Of a stretch of 64,000 nucleotides of DNA, positions 56,201-64,000 are shown piece by piece. Position 1 is the first letter of the stretch. Each line of letters begins with the position of its first letter. This stretch comes from Phoronis australis. Lineage: Eukaryota > Animalia > Phoronida. The position numbers and the translations under genes are program-made. The notes beneath the pieces are model-generated. The model saw only the letters and a list, made by a program, of their open reading frames with translations. It made no database searches and was not told the origin of the DNA. The stretch is from the NCBI GenBank assembly GCA_002633005.1, contig NMRA01000979.1, positions 1 through 64,000 on the forward strand, in the 5' to 3' direction.

Positions 56201-59200
56201 CATCATCATTGGATAACAGCATATGCTGGTCAATAAGTATCTTTTAATTGATCTTACATGGTCTCATGCACCAAGACTAGTGTGGAAACAGCGCATAATT
56301 GCTCCCCTTATACTATGGTGGCAGAACATAAAAACCTAATGGCAGCACCTCTTAACTCCATGGTCGAACCAAAAAACTCATGACTCAAAGGCAGGACCAA
56401 AAAACTTAACCCTTTGGGTGCAAGCATAACACTGCGAGCCCGCCGATTTTCTGACTGATGCTGTAGGGCTAACAGTGTTTTCCGCCATTTTTGTTCTGAG
56501 TAACACTCTCCAATATGGCGTCATATTGACGACGCGAACTGCATGTATCTGAGTAGCGCGCACCCGTTCTATGTGATGTCTATGGGGTACTCAAACAACT
56601 CTCGCAATCATAAACAAAAATTTCAACGTTTTTTTGTCAGTGGAGTTCAAGTTTACATCGTGAACCGTTGTAGGTACCTCTTAATACGTATACCTCGTCT
56701 CCCATATTCCCCCGCTTACCCGTCAAAAGTCTGCAACCATGCATGCGGAAATTCGTTGGTTTCTGATTTACTTGTTTATGTATCTACGAATATCGATAGA
56801 TCCATAGATGATTTTTGACAATTAGAAGCTAATCTTGTAAGACTTGGTGATAATTCAGTGAATTTAATTGCTGCTTGAAGTTGGAAAAACTCTATCTGAT
56901 CCCAAAATAGTAAAGTATACCTAGACGATTTTTGCATGTCTAAAATAACTCTCAAAGACATCGATGAAATTCATACACACAAACTGTAGATAGAAAAAAC
57001 GTTTTAAAAATACTTAAATAAATAAAATCAAACTCATTGTTTGGAAAGGTTGTCTTCGCAGTTCCTTGGTGTTTTTAGTTTCCAGTAGTATTGAGTAATG
57101 AAGTTTTGTTCTCCAAAACTGAATTGATTGCTTCCCTGATTCGCATGACTGGCGTATCCACGTTAAAAATGCAGTAGGCCGCGCAGACTCCCAGTGATAA
57201 CCACAAGAACTGAATTTGAACTACAGGCATTCAGGGAGTGTGAACATTTTTGGGACACACTATCCTTTCCCCAGCCACCAGAAACTGAACTACCGGTCGT
57301 GTTTCAACTAGGGATTTTGAAACAGTCGCTAAGGTACTATACCAGGGACTTCGGGGCCTCACCTTTAAAAAAACTCTTTCAAAGAATTACCATAATGAAA
57401 TAAAGTTTTCCCGAAACTGGATCACAACAAAACGAATCTTGACCTTAGAACGAGCGCAGACGGCCGGCACGAGCTAAGCTGCCCGTCTCAAGTGAATCAT
57501 AGTTGAGCTGACCAGCAACTAGCTTTAGTTCATCGGGAATTTCGTATTTTCACACTGTTAGATCTCAGCTATAGCTACTTGAGGCAGCTCCTCGCTACAG
57601 GTCAGTGTACTTACNAGGGGTGGGGGGTGGTAGCAGAGGTGGTGGCGATGGGGGAGTTATTTAGCGACGTCGAAATGGTTTGTGTTCCCCAATAATTTTT
57701 GCCTTCCTAAGGGCCTGACTTATTTGCATCATCTTGGCAATACTTCCTTGGCATGTGCTCCGGCTTGTTGTTATACGACGCCATACAGTGTATGCCAAGT
57801 ACGGTACCCAAGCCGGTTAAGCGACAACACTATATGAGAAAGTGTTGAAAAGCTAGTGAAGTTTTATTTCATAATGAACTGATCAGAATTTTATGTTTGT
57901 GAAACATACAAGTTAAAGAACTGAACCATTCAAAAATGTCAAAAGTTTGTCGGAAACTTAGAAACAATCAATCCAGGAATATAGAATCTGAAAAATTCCT
58001 TGAACGGGGTTGTGCAGCAGTGTGTCCTTTTCGATAAATTTCTTTAGTTTTCTTGGTATATTTTCGTGTGTTAGCTTCTGGACTGTAAATAGTAATAAAC
58101 GCATTTCCCCGTGTTGATCACAGCATTAGAACATAACGGCGGAAACTCTGATGATTTGCAGAACTTGAGGTAATGACTGTACCGCAAAAAGCAGATGGTA
58201 AACTACGTACTTTGAACGCTGTGTCGAGCAGACGATTGGTTCCATAAAAACACATACTCGTTATTTAGTCTTAATTTGTCGTAAATACCTTAACCCCTGT
58301 GTAGTTATACTACCTGCATACATGAAGAAACGTTTTCCAGTGGCGGATCTACGTCGTTTTCAGTAAGGGGGGTTTAGGATTCCCGCNGGGAGGTCGGGTA
58401 AAACCCCTCCCGTGTAAGACAACTTTTTGTTTTTACAGCCAAACAGTGAAATTTCCATGCATCCTGGTACGTTTCTGGCACTTAACATGTCCCTGGAATT
58501 TTCTTAAGATAATCAAAAACCCTTCTCGATTTCTTCACATGAACTTGGCTCATAAGTTTCGCGAAACCATATTTGTGCACATCTGGGTATGAGTCACACC
58601 ACCAGCAAAAAATTTTGTTGGAACTTCGGCTTACACGCACCTTTTAGTGTACGAAAAAGTGTGGTGTGTATACAGGGGTTTAGACAACTAAAAATATTCA
58701 AGAGCATAAGGAGCACCGACGGAGCGTAAAAAACTTGAAAATCAGATGATTGCAACAACCTCAAGCTGTTTAAGAACGAAGACCTGTACTGTTAGTCCGG
58801 AAATAAACATGTTTTATGTCTCGTTACGAGAAAAACTGGCGAACGACGGTGATCTCAGCTCATAATCTATTATTAAAAGCGACAACAAACTATTAAGTAT
58901 CACTTTATTAAGCTGAGTCACGTTGGCAACAATTGAAAAACGTCAAATGTATAAAGAAACAAATCATCTGAAAACAGTTTCACGAAACCAAAACATCGTG
59001 TGCACATTGGTGAAAAGATATACTGGACTAGTTTGCAGAGGGACCAGATGTACACTGAGAGTACACAAAAAGGCTGACCTGGTCCGTCACGAGACCTTAA
59101 GCGTACTTTGCAAACAATTTTGAATTGAAAACTTCTCTCTAGACACTTTTTAATCCCCAGTGGTTGCTCATACGTGTAGTTTACACATCTGGTGGTCAAC

Positions 59201-62200
59201 TGCGAGAGGTTGTCTAGGAATGGTTTTTGCACCGTTCTGTAGTACCCAGTACCCCTGGAAGAAACAAGTATTGAGTACAGATTTAGCTACGCACTAAGTG
59301 AAATAGATTTTGGATATGAAGCAGATAGACTCAGGTGGAAATACAAACCAGAATCAGTTTCTGTGCGCTCGTAGACCCTCTGCTGTACTGGGTAAATTTG
59401 GCATGTCCAAAATAATTTCTATTTCGTTTTCATTGTACACAAGCATAAAAAACCGACATTATTACAAACTGTGTAAAATTATAACTTATTACCTGGGCGT
59501 TTCTCCTGGAACGTTGGTCCTATCTTTCTGTTGTTCAGACTGCCGAGGAATCTGTATATCGGATCCAATGGTTTGCTCGTCTTGGAACCATTCTACCCAG
59601 ACATCTTTGATGTTTATTCCCAACACTTGCACTTCGTCAACTGCTCTGTCAATGAGCTTGTACGCCTCTACAATGCCAGCATCTTGTTTCGCAGCTCAGT
59701 TGGCACTAAGCCCACCGAGGTTACCAAGTCCATTCAAAAGACTTACATCATGCGCAACTAAATTGGATCCGTTTATCACCGACTACTTCAAACCTTGACG
59801 ACGTATCACAGGACTCATTTGTATCTCTTGTAATTTTCAAAATAAAGGTCCCAATGTCTGAACACTTGAAACCTGAAGTACTAACGTCAAATAAATGCCC
59901 ATAGACATGGGCGTTCCGTCGGGTGAACCTTTCTGCGGAAATTCCCAGTATAAAAAATGGCAGTGTTGCTTACTGCAGGTAGAAAGACGGTAGGTGTTGA
60001 GGTCGGCGCTTCGGGCGCCTTAGGAGGCCTATTGAACATCGCACGAGTCCCGCAAGACTTTGTTGTGAAAATACAGCCTGCAAGCAAATTTTTGGTACTG
60101 TACATTGTTCGTAAATGCGGTCACTCTGTCAATGTGAGTGCCCCCTTTTTCATTCCTTGTATAGACATGAATTGTTAGAGGGCATCTTCAAACAGACTCG
60201 CGACCAGACCACGGAGCCCGCCACAATAGCAATTCTTCGGAAACAAGGTTTATTTTCAACAGTATTACATGTGCATGTACACTGTATGGTATTGCGCAAG
60301 ACAACTTTACTATACACCAGTCAAATTCGAGTTACAAACGTGTGGGGTGTAAAACGATGACACGGCACGGCAGATGAGGTAAAAACGTTGCACGTCAACT
60401 CGCCTGATTATCAGGGTTGCGGCACCACAGTATTTCCCGTAATCAAATCAAAAAATATCTTAGAGTAAAGAAACTAGTTACCTAAAGAAATCAGCTATAG
60501 AGCTGCTCTTTCAGCGGTGGATCCATCTAAAATGCTTGGCTAGTTTACTTAAGAAGTGTCGACGGAAGCGTGCGCACAATTGATCTCCGGGGTTTTGCCG
60601 ATGAGCCCCGAAGACTCGAAATGCGTTGATTTTCATCACAGCAATTCACATTGCAAAAAACGTATTTTCAGAGTGAACCCTACCTTATTTTTTCCAAGTT
60701 GATTTACTTGGCGTTTACACACGCTGGCTGTGCCGTTTTTGTTTTGTTGGAGACGTTTTTTTAATTTTTGTTTCCTGGCCCGAGGGTGGGGTTAAACCCC
60801 CTGAACCCCTCCCCCCGTAGATCTGCCACTGTTTTCGTCAGATTTGAGTTAAATTTTTGACTGGTTTTGCTGCCCGGGACGCTACGTAGCTTGACCTATT
60901 TATGATGACCCAGACTGAAACTTCAGTGAGGCCCAACATTTGCCGCCTGATCACCGTGCGTCGGAATTCTCATCGGTACATGTATTTACAGCAGTAAAAC
61001 TGCTGTGCGTGAACCTGGACTCCTGCTTAATCTCAATATTTAGCGGAAGCGAGTGTTGCGTGAACTTGGAATTGAAAATTCTTTAAGGCAAAAGGGTACA
61101 ATTTTTGTTCGGTGAAAAGATTTCTTCTAATTATTGGCCTCGCGATCAACCATTTTCTCCTTTACCGTAAGTTGTGTCGCTGAACCGGAGGGATATGTGA
61201 ATGGCTAAATCGATTGTTATTTGGTGAAACTGATCGCCCGTAGTTAAAGAGATTGATAAAATTGATACTATTTTATTCAAATGTAACTTGATTTAGTGCA
61301 GCGCAAATTTTGATGAACATGAACGTGATTATTTCAGTGACCTTGTCAAGTTGCCTCGAGTATTCCAAGCTCACGCAAAACTCATTTCCGCTTATTCTTT
61401 AGATTAAGCAGGATTCCAAGTTCACGTACAACAAAACTGCTTTTTCAGGAAGGACACCTTAGACTGAAGGTTTGGGTTACCCAAAACGAACGATCACAAT
61501 CTCATTTGACATGCATTTACTTGACAAGGAGACTGCTCACCAACCGTATACAACATCCGTATTTTCAGATATATGGGTAAAAGTAAGATATTTATGGTCG
61601 CATTACGAGCGCTGTAGGCACACACACACGGACACACACGAACGCACACGCACGTTCACAAACACACGTTACGCTGTGCACAGGACGCAGATAAAAACGA
61701 CATTGAGAACCGTACTAGTGGCACGCACAGCGGAATAAGACGGACCACTATACTGGTAGGACGCACAATGTACGTAGTCAGGTGGAATGCTATTCCTGTA
61801 GAAAGCACACGGAACACTACATGTATGTTTGTCGGACGCAAAACCTGAGCACCGTACTCACACTACACCCAACGTATATCCATTCCATCAAGACGCACGC
61901 GTAATCAAGCCAGATCTCTAAAAGAAGTGTAACTTATCCACACGTGACGCCTATAGGCTGTAGTTGCAGGAGGCACAGTGTACTTACATGGAGCGGCACA
62001 TTTGCAAGACGCATGACGTAATCATACAACGCCTCATTATTGTGACCATATGAAGTGCTATAGTACATGTATGGGGCACAACGGAATCTCAAAAATCGGC
62101 ATTCGTAGGACGCGGAGCACCGTGCTTTAAGTTTGAGTCTCTCATCTGTTCTATGATAAGACGTCTTGTCTGCCTTCCAGCGAGGTAACATTGACGTCAT

Positions 62201-63860
62201 ACAGACAATGTGTATATAAATACAAAATGAACAGATTGTTGTTTAGGCAGATTTTTTTAATTGGCTATAGCAATGTTTGCGAAGGACACATGCATGGAAT
62301 AGAGGATGTTTCTTTAACCCAGGAATGCTTTGTAAAAACGGCAATGAACTAAATGTATACATTTCTTCGAAACTAATGCATTCTAAAGTCATATTTGTAA
62401 GGAGTTGTCTTTTTACAGATTTCGCATTCAATGGGTCAAATCCAAAGTAAAGTCAGTTTATCGATAACAACTTACGTTCGTATAGTAATACGCGCCAAAC
62501 ACAGACGTGGCTCTTGGACACTCACGCTTGGGGCAGACGTAGTCCGTGCTGAAATCGTCAGAACAAAACAAAACGTATAAATTACAACACGATTACAGTG
62601 AAAAGCAGACTGTAGAGAAGCAGTCATACTTTGATTTCAACAGTGTCGAAATTACAGTTTGCTCGGAATTTGTTTTGAGCGTCTTCATTTTGTTCAAGGA
62701 CTACAGTCGGCCGAAACAAAAAACATGCACCCCGACCTAAAATCAAGTTTGTCTTACTTGCACGAAGTCTGGGCCGCTTTTCCCCCATAATGTTTATGAA
62801 TTGTGAATGAAATAAACCGCGTCTACGTTGTAAAGCTACGTGTATTATTAAATTAGCAATTCCAACATGTAGTAGTATATCAGAAAAAACCAAGATGCAC
62901 ATTTAACTACTTTTCGTTAGATATTTCAAAAATAATTACGTTTTAACCAAATGGAATTGTTGAGTTCAATGCAACTGCTCGCACGACTACATCTTGTGAA
63001 CAACACAGACCCAATTTCGTACACCAAGTTTCTAGTGATAAAAGGGAGACCTCGCAAGACCACGTAAAATTACACGAGTGAAAGCTGAGTGAGTAGGCCT
63101 ATGCTCGAGATTTAATTAAATCCAATCTGGCAAACTAAAGGCCATTGAATTGTTCGGTTGGTGCGTAGATGATAGAATTAATAAAGTATGGGATGGAATT
63201 CGCCTTTCCGGGCAATAACCTGAAATTTCTCACCGAAGCTGCTGGTCTGTCTCTGGACTACAGCACGCAGGCCTGGTGCCCAATTGTAGATAACAATACG
63301 CCCAAAAATTGAATCACACAAGTCTTCACAAAATACCCCCATGCATTATATGTGGAGTACGTGATCACACTAGCTATACTGGCGAGATCCCTGCGTCTCA
63401 GAAACTCAATCTTGCAGGACCATAATTAAGCTCCAATTCGAGTCGCACGGCTACATATGCTTACAATAAGTGTTCATTTGAATATTTGCTGACTTTTGTT
63501 GACGGTAGTTCTTGATGTGACAAGTCCAATACTGCATGTTGTATTTTCACTGCGCCGAGAAAAATTTGATGGCCACAAACCTGCTGCATGCACTGTTTCG
63601 TGAAGTAAAAAAACCGAGAGTCATCGCTGCACAGGTGTAATATTCTGGAAGAACGAGAGTTTTCACCGGAATTTGCACCGGAACAGTGATGGTCAAGATC
63701 AATTTTAGATTTGCGATGGGCACACTGTGTTCAAATCTCATCATACAAGTGTTCCTACGAAGCAGAGGCCAATTAACTTACTTATCTTTTTTATTTCTAA
63801 ACTGCGTCTCACATGTTAAGTCCCCATCTGACGTGGCTGGGATCTTTAGTACACCATCTA
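2159..63860 (-). CDS. Receptor-type protein-tyrosine phosphatase, 45 traced exons, 5'-partial: LCCL-(unknown)-FTLD[kringle]-Ig-EGFx3-FN3x~14-TM-PTP D1-PTP D2
   Basis: Hand-spliced exons with GT/AG borders and matching phases give one open frame (8,699 nt) ending [27 protein letters not shown] motifs: [44 protein letters not shown]. Joins above 48561 cross an N-gap and a 9.6 kb intron and are less certain. Confidence 0.9.
3506..3641 (-). CDS. RPTP D2 exon (degenerate P-loop)
   Basis: (HCL)[45 protein letters not shown]; cag/gtaagt. Confidence 0.92.
4102..4171. mobile_element. 70-bp MITE with 5-bp TSD
   Basis: CATGGGTGGCGCACCA...TGGTGCGCCGCCCATG with ATATG on both sides. Confidence 0.8.
4721..4884 (-). 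CDS. RPTP D2 exon
   Basis: [23 protein letters not shown]...KPATIHC; tag/gtgagt. Confidence 0.9.
5059..5190 (-). CDS. RPTP D2 exon
   Basis: [22 protein letters not shown]...[10 protein letters not shown]; tag/gtgagt. Confidence 0.9.
6249..6383 (-). CDS. RPTP D2 exon
   Basis: [38 protein letters not shown]; tag/gtaagg. Confidence 0.93.
6744..6820 (-). CDS. RPTP D2 exon
   Basis: [25 protein letters not shown]; cag/gtaagt. Confidence 0.92.
6834..6963. mobile_element. MITE / fold-back with ~27-bp TIR
   Basis: GGGCAGAGTTCAGTAACGCTAGGACCT...AGGTCCTAGCGTTACTGAACTCTACCC. Confidence 0.8.
8030..8129 (-). CDS. RPTP first D2 exon
   Basis: [33 protein letters not shown]; cag/gtgagt. Confidence 0.9.
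9344..9994 (+). CDS. LRAT/PLAAT (HRASLS)-family permuted NlpC/P60 acyltransferase/phospholipase, single coding exon, nested antisense in the RPTP intron
   Basis: 216-aa ORF with KPGDHL, HHAI, VIHY and [22 protein letters not shown] (His-His-Cys catalytic set). In-frame stop just before the ATG; AATAAA at 9994-9999. Confidence 0.92.
   Translation: MTDFDFVSRLCTNSNSSDLSDACVRMANEQLERITYSDWNKLKPGDHLLFNNGWFIHHAILIEVNIKRRQLKVIHYSRNSSLNSSPSGLSRSCGSTSGGSSLSSSSLSSKSSAPWLSLSGLMWSIGGGMVPGLFMSVNEEWVDVGPEEVMERDVSPAEYPPDEIIKRARQRLGESQYKLFMNNCEHFVQYVKRGVSESTQVNRWLRPYRYFFPKHY
12098..12234. mobile_element. Two adjacent copies of the CATGGG MITE family seen at 4102
   Basis: catgggcggtgtaccatagggg...gctgcccatg, then gcgcaccataggggtctgaggggctatag...ttgcccatg. 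Confidence 0.7.
12617..12756. mobile_element. MITE (CATGCGCGCA termini) inside a small inverted-repeat element (~12568-12774)
   Basis: TIR CATGCGCGCA/TGCGCGCATG; flanks GACGG/GTCGG; outer arms tagacagtgaccacc / ggtagtcactgtcta. Confidence 0.65.
15140..15277 (-). CDS. RPTP D1 end / interdomain linker exon
   Basis: [22 protein letters not shown]...LQKEFQ; cag/gtacat. Confidence 0.92.
15744..15879 (-). CDS. RPTP D1 catalytic exon
   Basis: (HCS)[15 protein letters not shown]...[12 protein letters not shown]; aag/gtaagt. Confidence 0.95.
16222..16382 (-). CDS. RPTP D1 WPD-loop exon
   Basis: [20 protein letters not shown]...PTIIHCS. Confidence 0.95.
17186..17260. repeat. (GT)n microsatellite
   Basis: Direct inspection. 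Confidence 0.95.
18169..18291 (-). CDS. RPTP D1 exon
   Basis: [23 protein letters not shown]...[10 protein letters not shown]; second in-frame donor 9 nt further on. Confidence 0.93.
18481..18578 (-). CDS. RPTP D1 exon
   Basis: [33 protein letters not shown]. Confidence 0.95.
18787..18900 (-). CDS. RPTP D1 exon
   Basis: [38 protein letters not shown]. Confidence 0.95.
19382..19469 (-). CDS. RPTP D1 first exon
   Basis: [29 protein letters not shown]. Confidence 0.92.
19722..19927 (-). CDS. RPTP intracellular juxtamembrane/wedge exon
   Basis: ...[38 protein letters not shown]; phases 1 to 0 fit neighbours. Confidence 0.88.
20170..20243 (+). mobile_element. tRNA-derived (SINE-head / pseudo-tRNA) sequence
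   Basis: A-box-like TGGCTCAATGG and B-box GGTTCAAGTCC at tRNA spacing; acceptor and anticodon stems do not pair cleanly. Confidence 0.6.
21299..21384 (-). CDS. RPTP post-TM exon
   Basis: [29 protein letters not shown] (basic stop-transfer); tag/gtaagt. Confidence 0.85.
21893..21998 (-). CDS. RPTP transmembrane exon
   Basis: [27 protein letters not shown]; cag/gtgagc. Confidence 0.92.
22257..22380. mobile_element. Fold-back element with internal repeats of CGTAAAATGTAACA
   Basis: CTGATACGACGTAAAATGTAACA...TGTTACATTTTACGGCGTATCAG; three direct copies and one inverted. Confidence 0.75.
22441..22504 (-). CDS. RPTP extracellular stalk exon
   Basis: [21 protein letters not shown]; the phase 0-to-1 candidate I found bridging its neighbours. 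Confidence 0.65.
23299..23563 (-). CDS. RPTP membrane-proximal FN3-like exon
   Basis: [18 protein letters not shown]...YITANF...[17 protein letters not shown], typical RPTP juxtamembrane motif. Confidence 0.92.
24009..24117 (-). CDS. RPTP membrane-proximal exon
   Basis: [36 protein letters not shown]; tag/gtgagc. Confidence 0.85.
24970..25126 (-). CDS. FN3 exon (C-half)
   Basis: [23 protein letters not shown]. Confidence 0.9.
26090..26199 (-). CDS. FN3 exon (N-half)
   Basis: [10 protein letters not shown]...[19 protein letters not shown]. Confidence 0.9.
26589..26655 (-). CDS. FN3 exon (final strands)
   Basis: [22 protein letters not shown]; cag/gtaaga. Confidence 0.85.
26947..27197 (-). 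CDS. FN3 exon
   Basis: [10 protein letters not shown]...[20 protein letters not shown]...[10 protein letters not shown]. Confidence 0.92.
28471..28773 (-). CDS. FN3 exon
   Basis: APFAPPRN...[18 protein letters not shown]...[14 protein letters not shown]. Confidence 0.93.
29656..30258 (-). CDS. Double-FN3 exon, tandem copy 4 (603 nt)
   Basis: Phase 1-1; APSTGPQNV...[18 protein letters not shown]...VTTQEK. Confidence 0.93.
30880..31482 (-). CDS. Double-FN3 exon, tandem copy 3 (603 nt)
   Basis: Phase 1-1; APSIEPQNV...VTTQEE. Confidence 0.93.
32104..32706 (-). CDS. Double-FN3 exon, tandem copy 2 (603 nt)
   Basis: Phase 1-1; APSTAPQNI...VTTREE. Confidence 0.93.
33217..33819 (-). CDS. Double-FN3 exon, tandem copy 1 (603 nt, most diverged)
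   Basis: Phase 1-1; APSGVPQSV...VTTKEE. Confidence 0.93.
34247..34552 (-). CDS. FN3 exon
   Basis: APGPVQNL...[16 protein letters not shown]...[13 protein letters not shown]. Confidence 0.93.
34891..35110 (-). CDS. FN3-like exon (C-part)
   Basis: [18 protein letters not shown]...WRVRIRAFN; phase 0 to 1. Confidence 0.85.
35872..35936 (-). CDS. FN3-like exon (N-part)
   Basis: [22 protein letters not shown]; tttcag/gtaaga; phase 1 to 0. Confidence 0.8.
36316..36624 (-). CDS. FN3-like exon following the EGF repeats
   Basis: LKQPPTV...LYIRWTRW...[12 protein letters not shown]...YKVRIRI. Confidence 0.88.
36938..37081 (-). CDS. EGF-like exon 3
   Basis: [45 protein letters not shown]. Confidence 0.92.
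37926..38075 (-). CDS. EGF-like exon 2 (TIE-type)
   Basis: [14 protein letters not shown]...[26 protein letters not shown]; the DPYGCSC motif is shared with TIE1/TIE2 EGF2. Confidence 0.93.
39740..39871 (-). CDS. EGF-like exon 1 (TIE-type)
   Basis: [41 protein letters not shown]. Confidence 0.94.
   Translation of the reverse strand, partial: FAVEVDLVATAQTTVRNVRTEVFVTTSRASVYAPRDFAEISVR
39978..40508. mobile_element. Kolobok-like non-autonomous DNA transposon
   Basis: AGGAGAATG(T/C)CA TIRs; flanks TTGA / TTAA. Confidence 0.6.
40743..40988 (-). CDS. Ig-like exon resembling TIE2 Ig2
   Basis: [13 protein letters not shown]...IQWQKD...HGGVYTIR...ITRLIVR; not in the ORF track; phase 1-1. Confidence 0.88.
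41488..41733 (-). CDS. F-type lectin domain, C-terminal half
   Basis: [10 protein letters not shown]...LC...[14 protein letters not shown]...[10 protein letters not shown]. Confidence 0.92.
42338..45680 (+). repeat. Complex degenerate repeat, Helentron/HINE-like
   Basis: Recurrent ccaaattt(c/a)...aaatcc and gccactagg(a/t)ggc motifs. Subterminal inverted match gcgtaatagtacctt / aaggtaatacgc. 3' GACG-rich tract and gcaccc...ggtgc hairpin. Confidence 0.55.
44248..44400. mobile_element. hAT-like MITE with decayed 8-bp TSD
   Basis: CAGTGTTCGAA...TTCGAACACTG; flanks TTGTTGGT / GTGTAGGT. Confidence 0.7.
46262..46468 (-). CDS. Kringle domain exon (207 nt, phase 1-1)
   Basis: [27 protein letters not shown]...[16 protein letters not shown]...WKHCNVSLC; six Cys. 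Confidence 0.92.
47262..47501 (-). CDS. F-type lectin domain, N-terminal half
   Basis: ADQSST...AGKAIDG...SCSHT...NPWWRAEF...VHGIHITSG; tag/gtgagt. Confidence 0.92.
48298..48561 (-). CDS. Unassigned 88-codon ectodomain exon
   Basis: ttttcag acceptor, open phase 1-1, gtaata donor; [22 protein letters not shown]...VVSPHY; no domain recognised. Confidence 0.7.
49133..49912. other. Assembly gap (N run)
   Basis: Ns following a poly-G tract. Confidence 1.
50532..50581 (-). CDS. LCCL domain exon d
   Basis: tttacag/gtaagt; [16 protein letters not shown]; phase 2 to 1 bridges neighbours. Confidence 0.65.
52678..52832 (-). CDS. LCCL domain exon c
   Basis: [14 protein letters not shown]...[10 protein letters not shown] matches LCCL S-x-I/V-C-x-A-A-x-H-x-G. 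Confidence 0.8.
55137..55617. mobile_element. MITE with 5-bp TSD nested in the P-like element
   Basis: CAGTGGCGGATT...AATCCACCCCTG; GAACC on both sides. Confidence 0.75.
55236..55347. other. Assembly gap (N run)
   Basis: Ns. Confidence 1.
58338..60831 (-). mobile_element. Decayed hAT transposon with 5-bp TSD
   Basis: TIR CAGTGGCGGATCTACG / CGTAGATCTGCCACTG; TTTTC on both sides; transposase relics inside. Confidence 0.85.
59040..60526 (-). pseudogene. hAT transposase pseudogene (PRKRIR/THAP12-ZMYM1-like), internally deleted
   Basis: Ordered fragments [55 protein letters not shown] and ERSF...RLRS, with stops and frameshifts. Confidence 0.8.
61619..61668. repeat. Imperfect (CA)n microsatellite
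   Basis: Direct inspection. Confidence 0.8.
62476..62548 (-). CDS. LCCL domain exon b
   Basis: tttcag/gtaagt; [24 protein letters not shown], in phase with exon c. Confidence 0.75.
63782..63860 (-). CDS. LCCL domain exon a
   Basis: ttttgttttcctatag/gtaagt; [25 protein letters not shown]; phase-1 start implies an upstream exon outside the window. Confidence 0.7.
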
Positions 63861-64000
63861 CTATAGGAAAACAAAACATAACAAGCTACGAATACAATGT
63901 TGCACGACACGTCAAACATTCTTGAATGCAAAACATGTTTGACCAGTAATGATGGGTTGGCAGCTGGAGATGTGAAGAGAAATCTTTCATATTTCGCATT

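Larger units (their letters stand above)
53398..56584. mobile_element. P-superfamily-like non-autonomous element
   Basis: TIR CATAGACATC/GATGTCTATG; subterminal inverted tgacgccatattggagagtg; 8-bp flanks GGGTACAC / GGGTACTC. Confidence 0.7.
53122..57717. mobile_element. Outer TIR element with 5-bp TSD (hAT-like)
   Basis: Left CAGGGCCGTAGGAAG, right CTTCCTAAGGGCCTG; ACTTA on both sides. Confidence 0.75.

Noticed and set aside
59531-59761. Plus-strand ORF with an apparent acceptor, stop and AATAAA, resembling a terminal exon or captured gene
   Set aside because: It is the antisense shadow of the decayed hAT transposase, whose motifs read on the minus strand.
63581-63644. Exon-like segment with good splice sites
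   Set aside because: Inclusion between LCCL exons a and b shifts the frame; direct a-to-b joining matches LCCL spacing.

Overview
Intron-rich, AT-rich metazoan (probably marine invertebrate) genomic DNA with two N-gaps. Nearly the whole window is one minus-strand gene. I traced 45 frame-compatible GT-AG exons by hand from 63860 to 2159 (about 2,900 codons; the signal-peptide exon appears to lie beyond the right edge). It encodes a receptor protein-tyrosine phosphatase with a mosaic ectodomain: LCCL, an unassigned 88-aa exon, an F-type (fuco)lectin domain split by a kringle exon, a TIE/TEK-like Ig + 3 EGF module, about 14 FN3 domains (8 from four tandem 603-nt exons), TM, catalytic PTP-D1, pseudo-PTP-D2 and a C-terminal YANF motif. 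An intronless LRAT/PLAAT (HRASLS)-family gene lies antisense in the D1-D2 intron (9344-9994). Introns hold many DNA-transposon relics, including a family with 5-bp TSDs, a 3-4 level nest, a decayed intron-containing hAT transposase and a Helentron-like repeat. All calls are by eye, with no database searches. The upstream LCCL exon joins are the least certain part.
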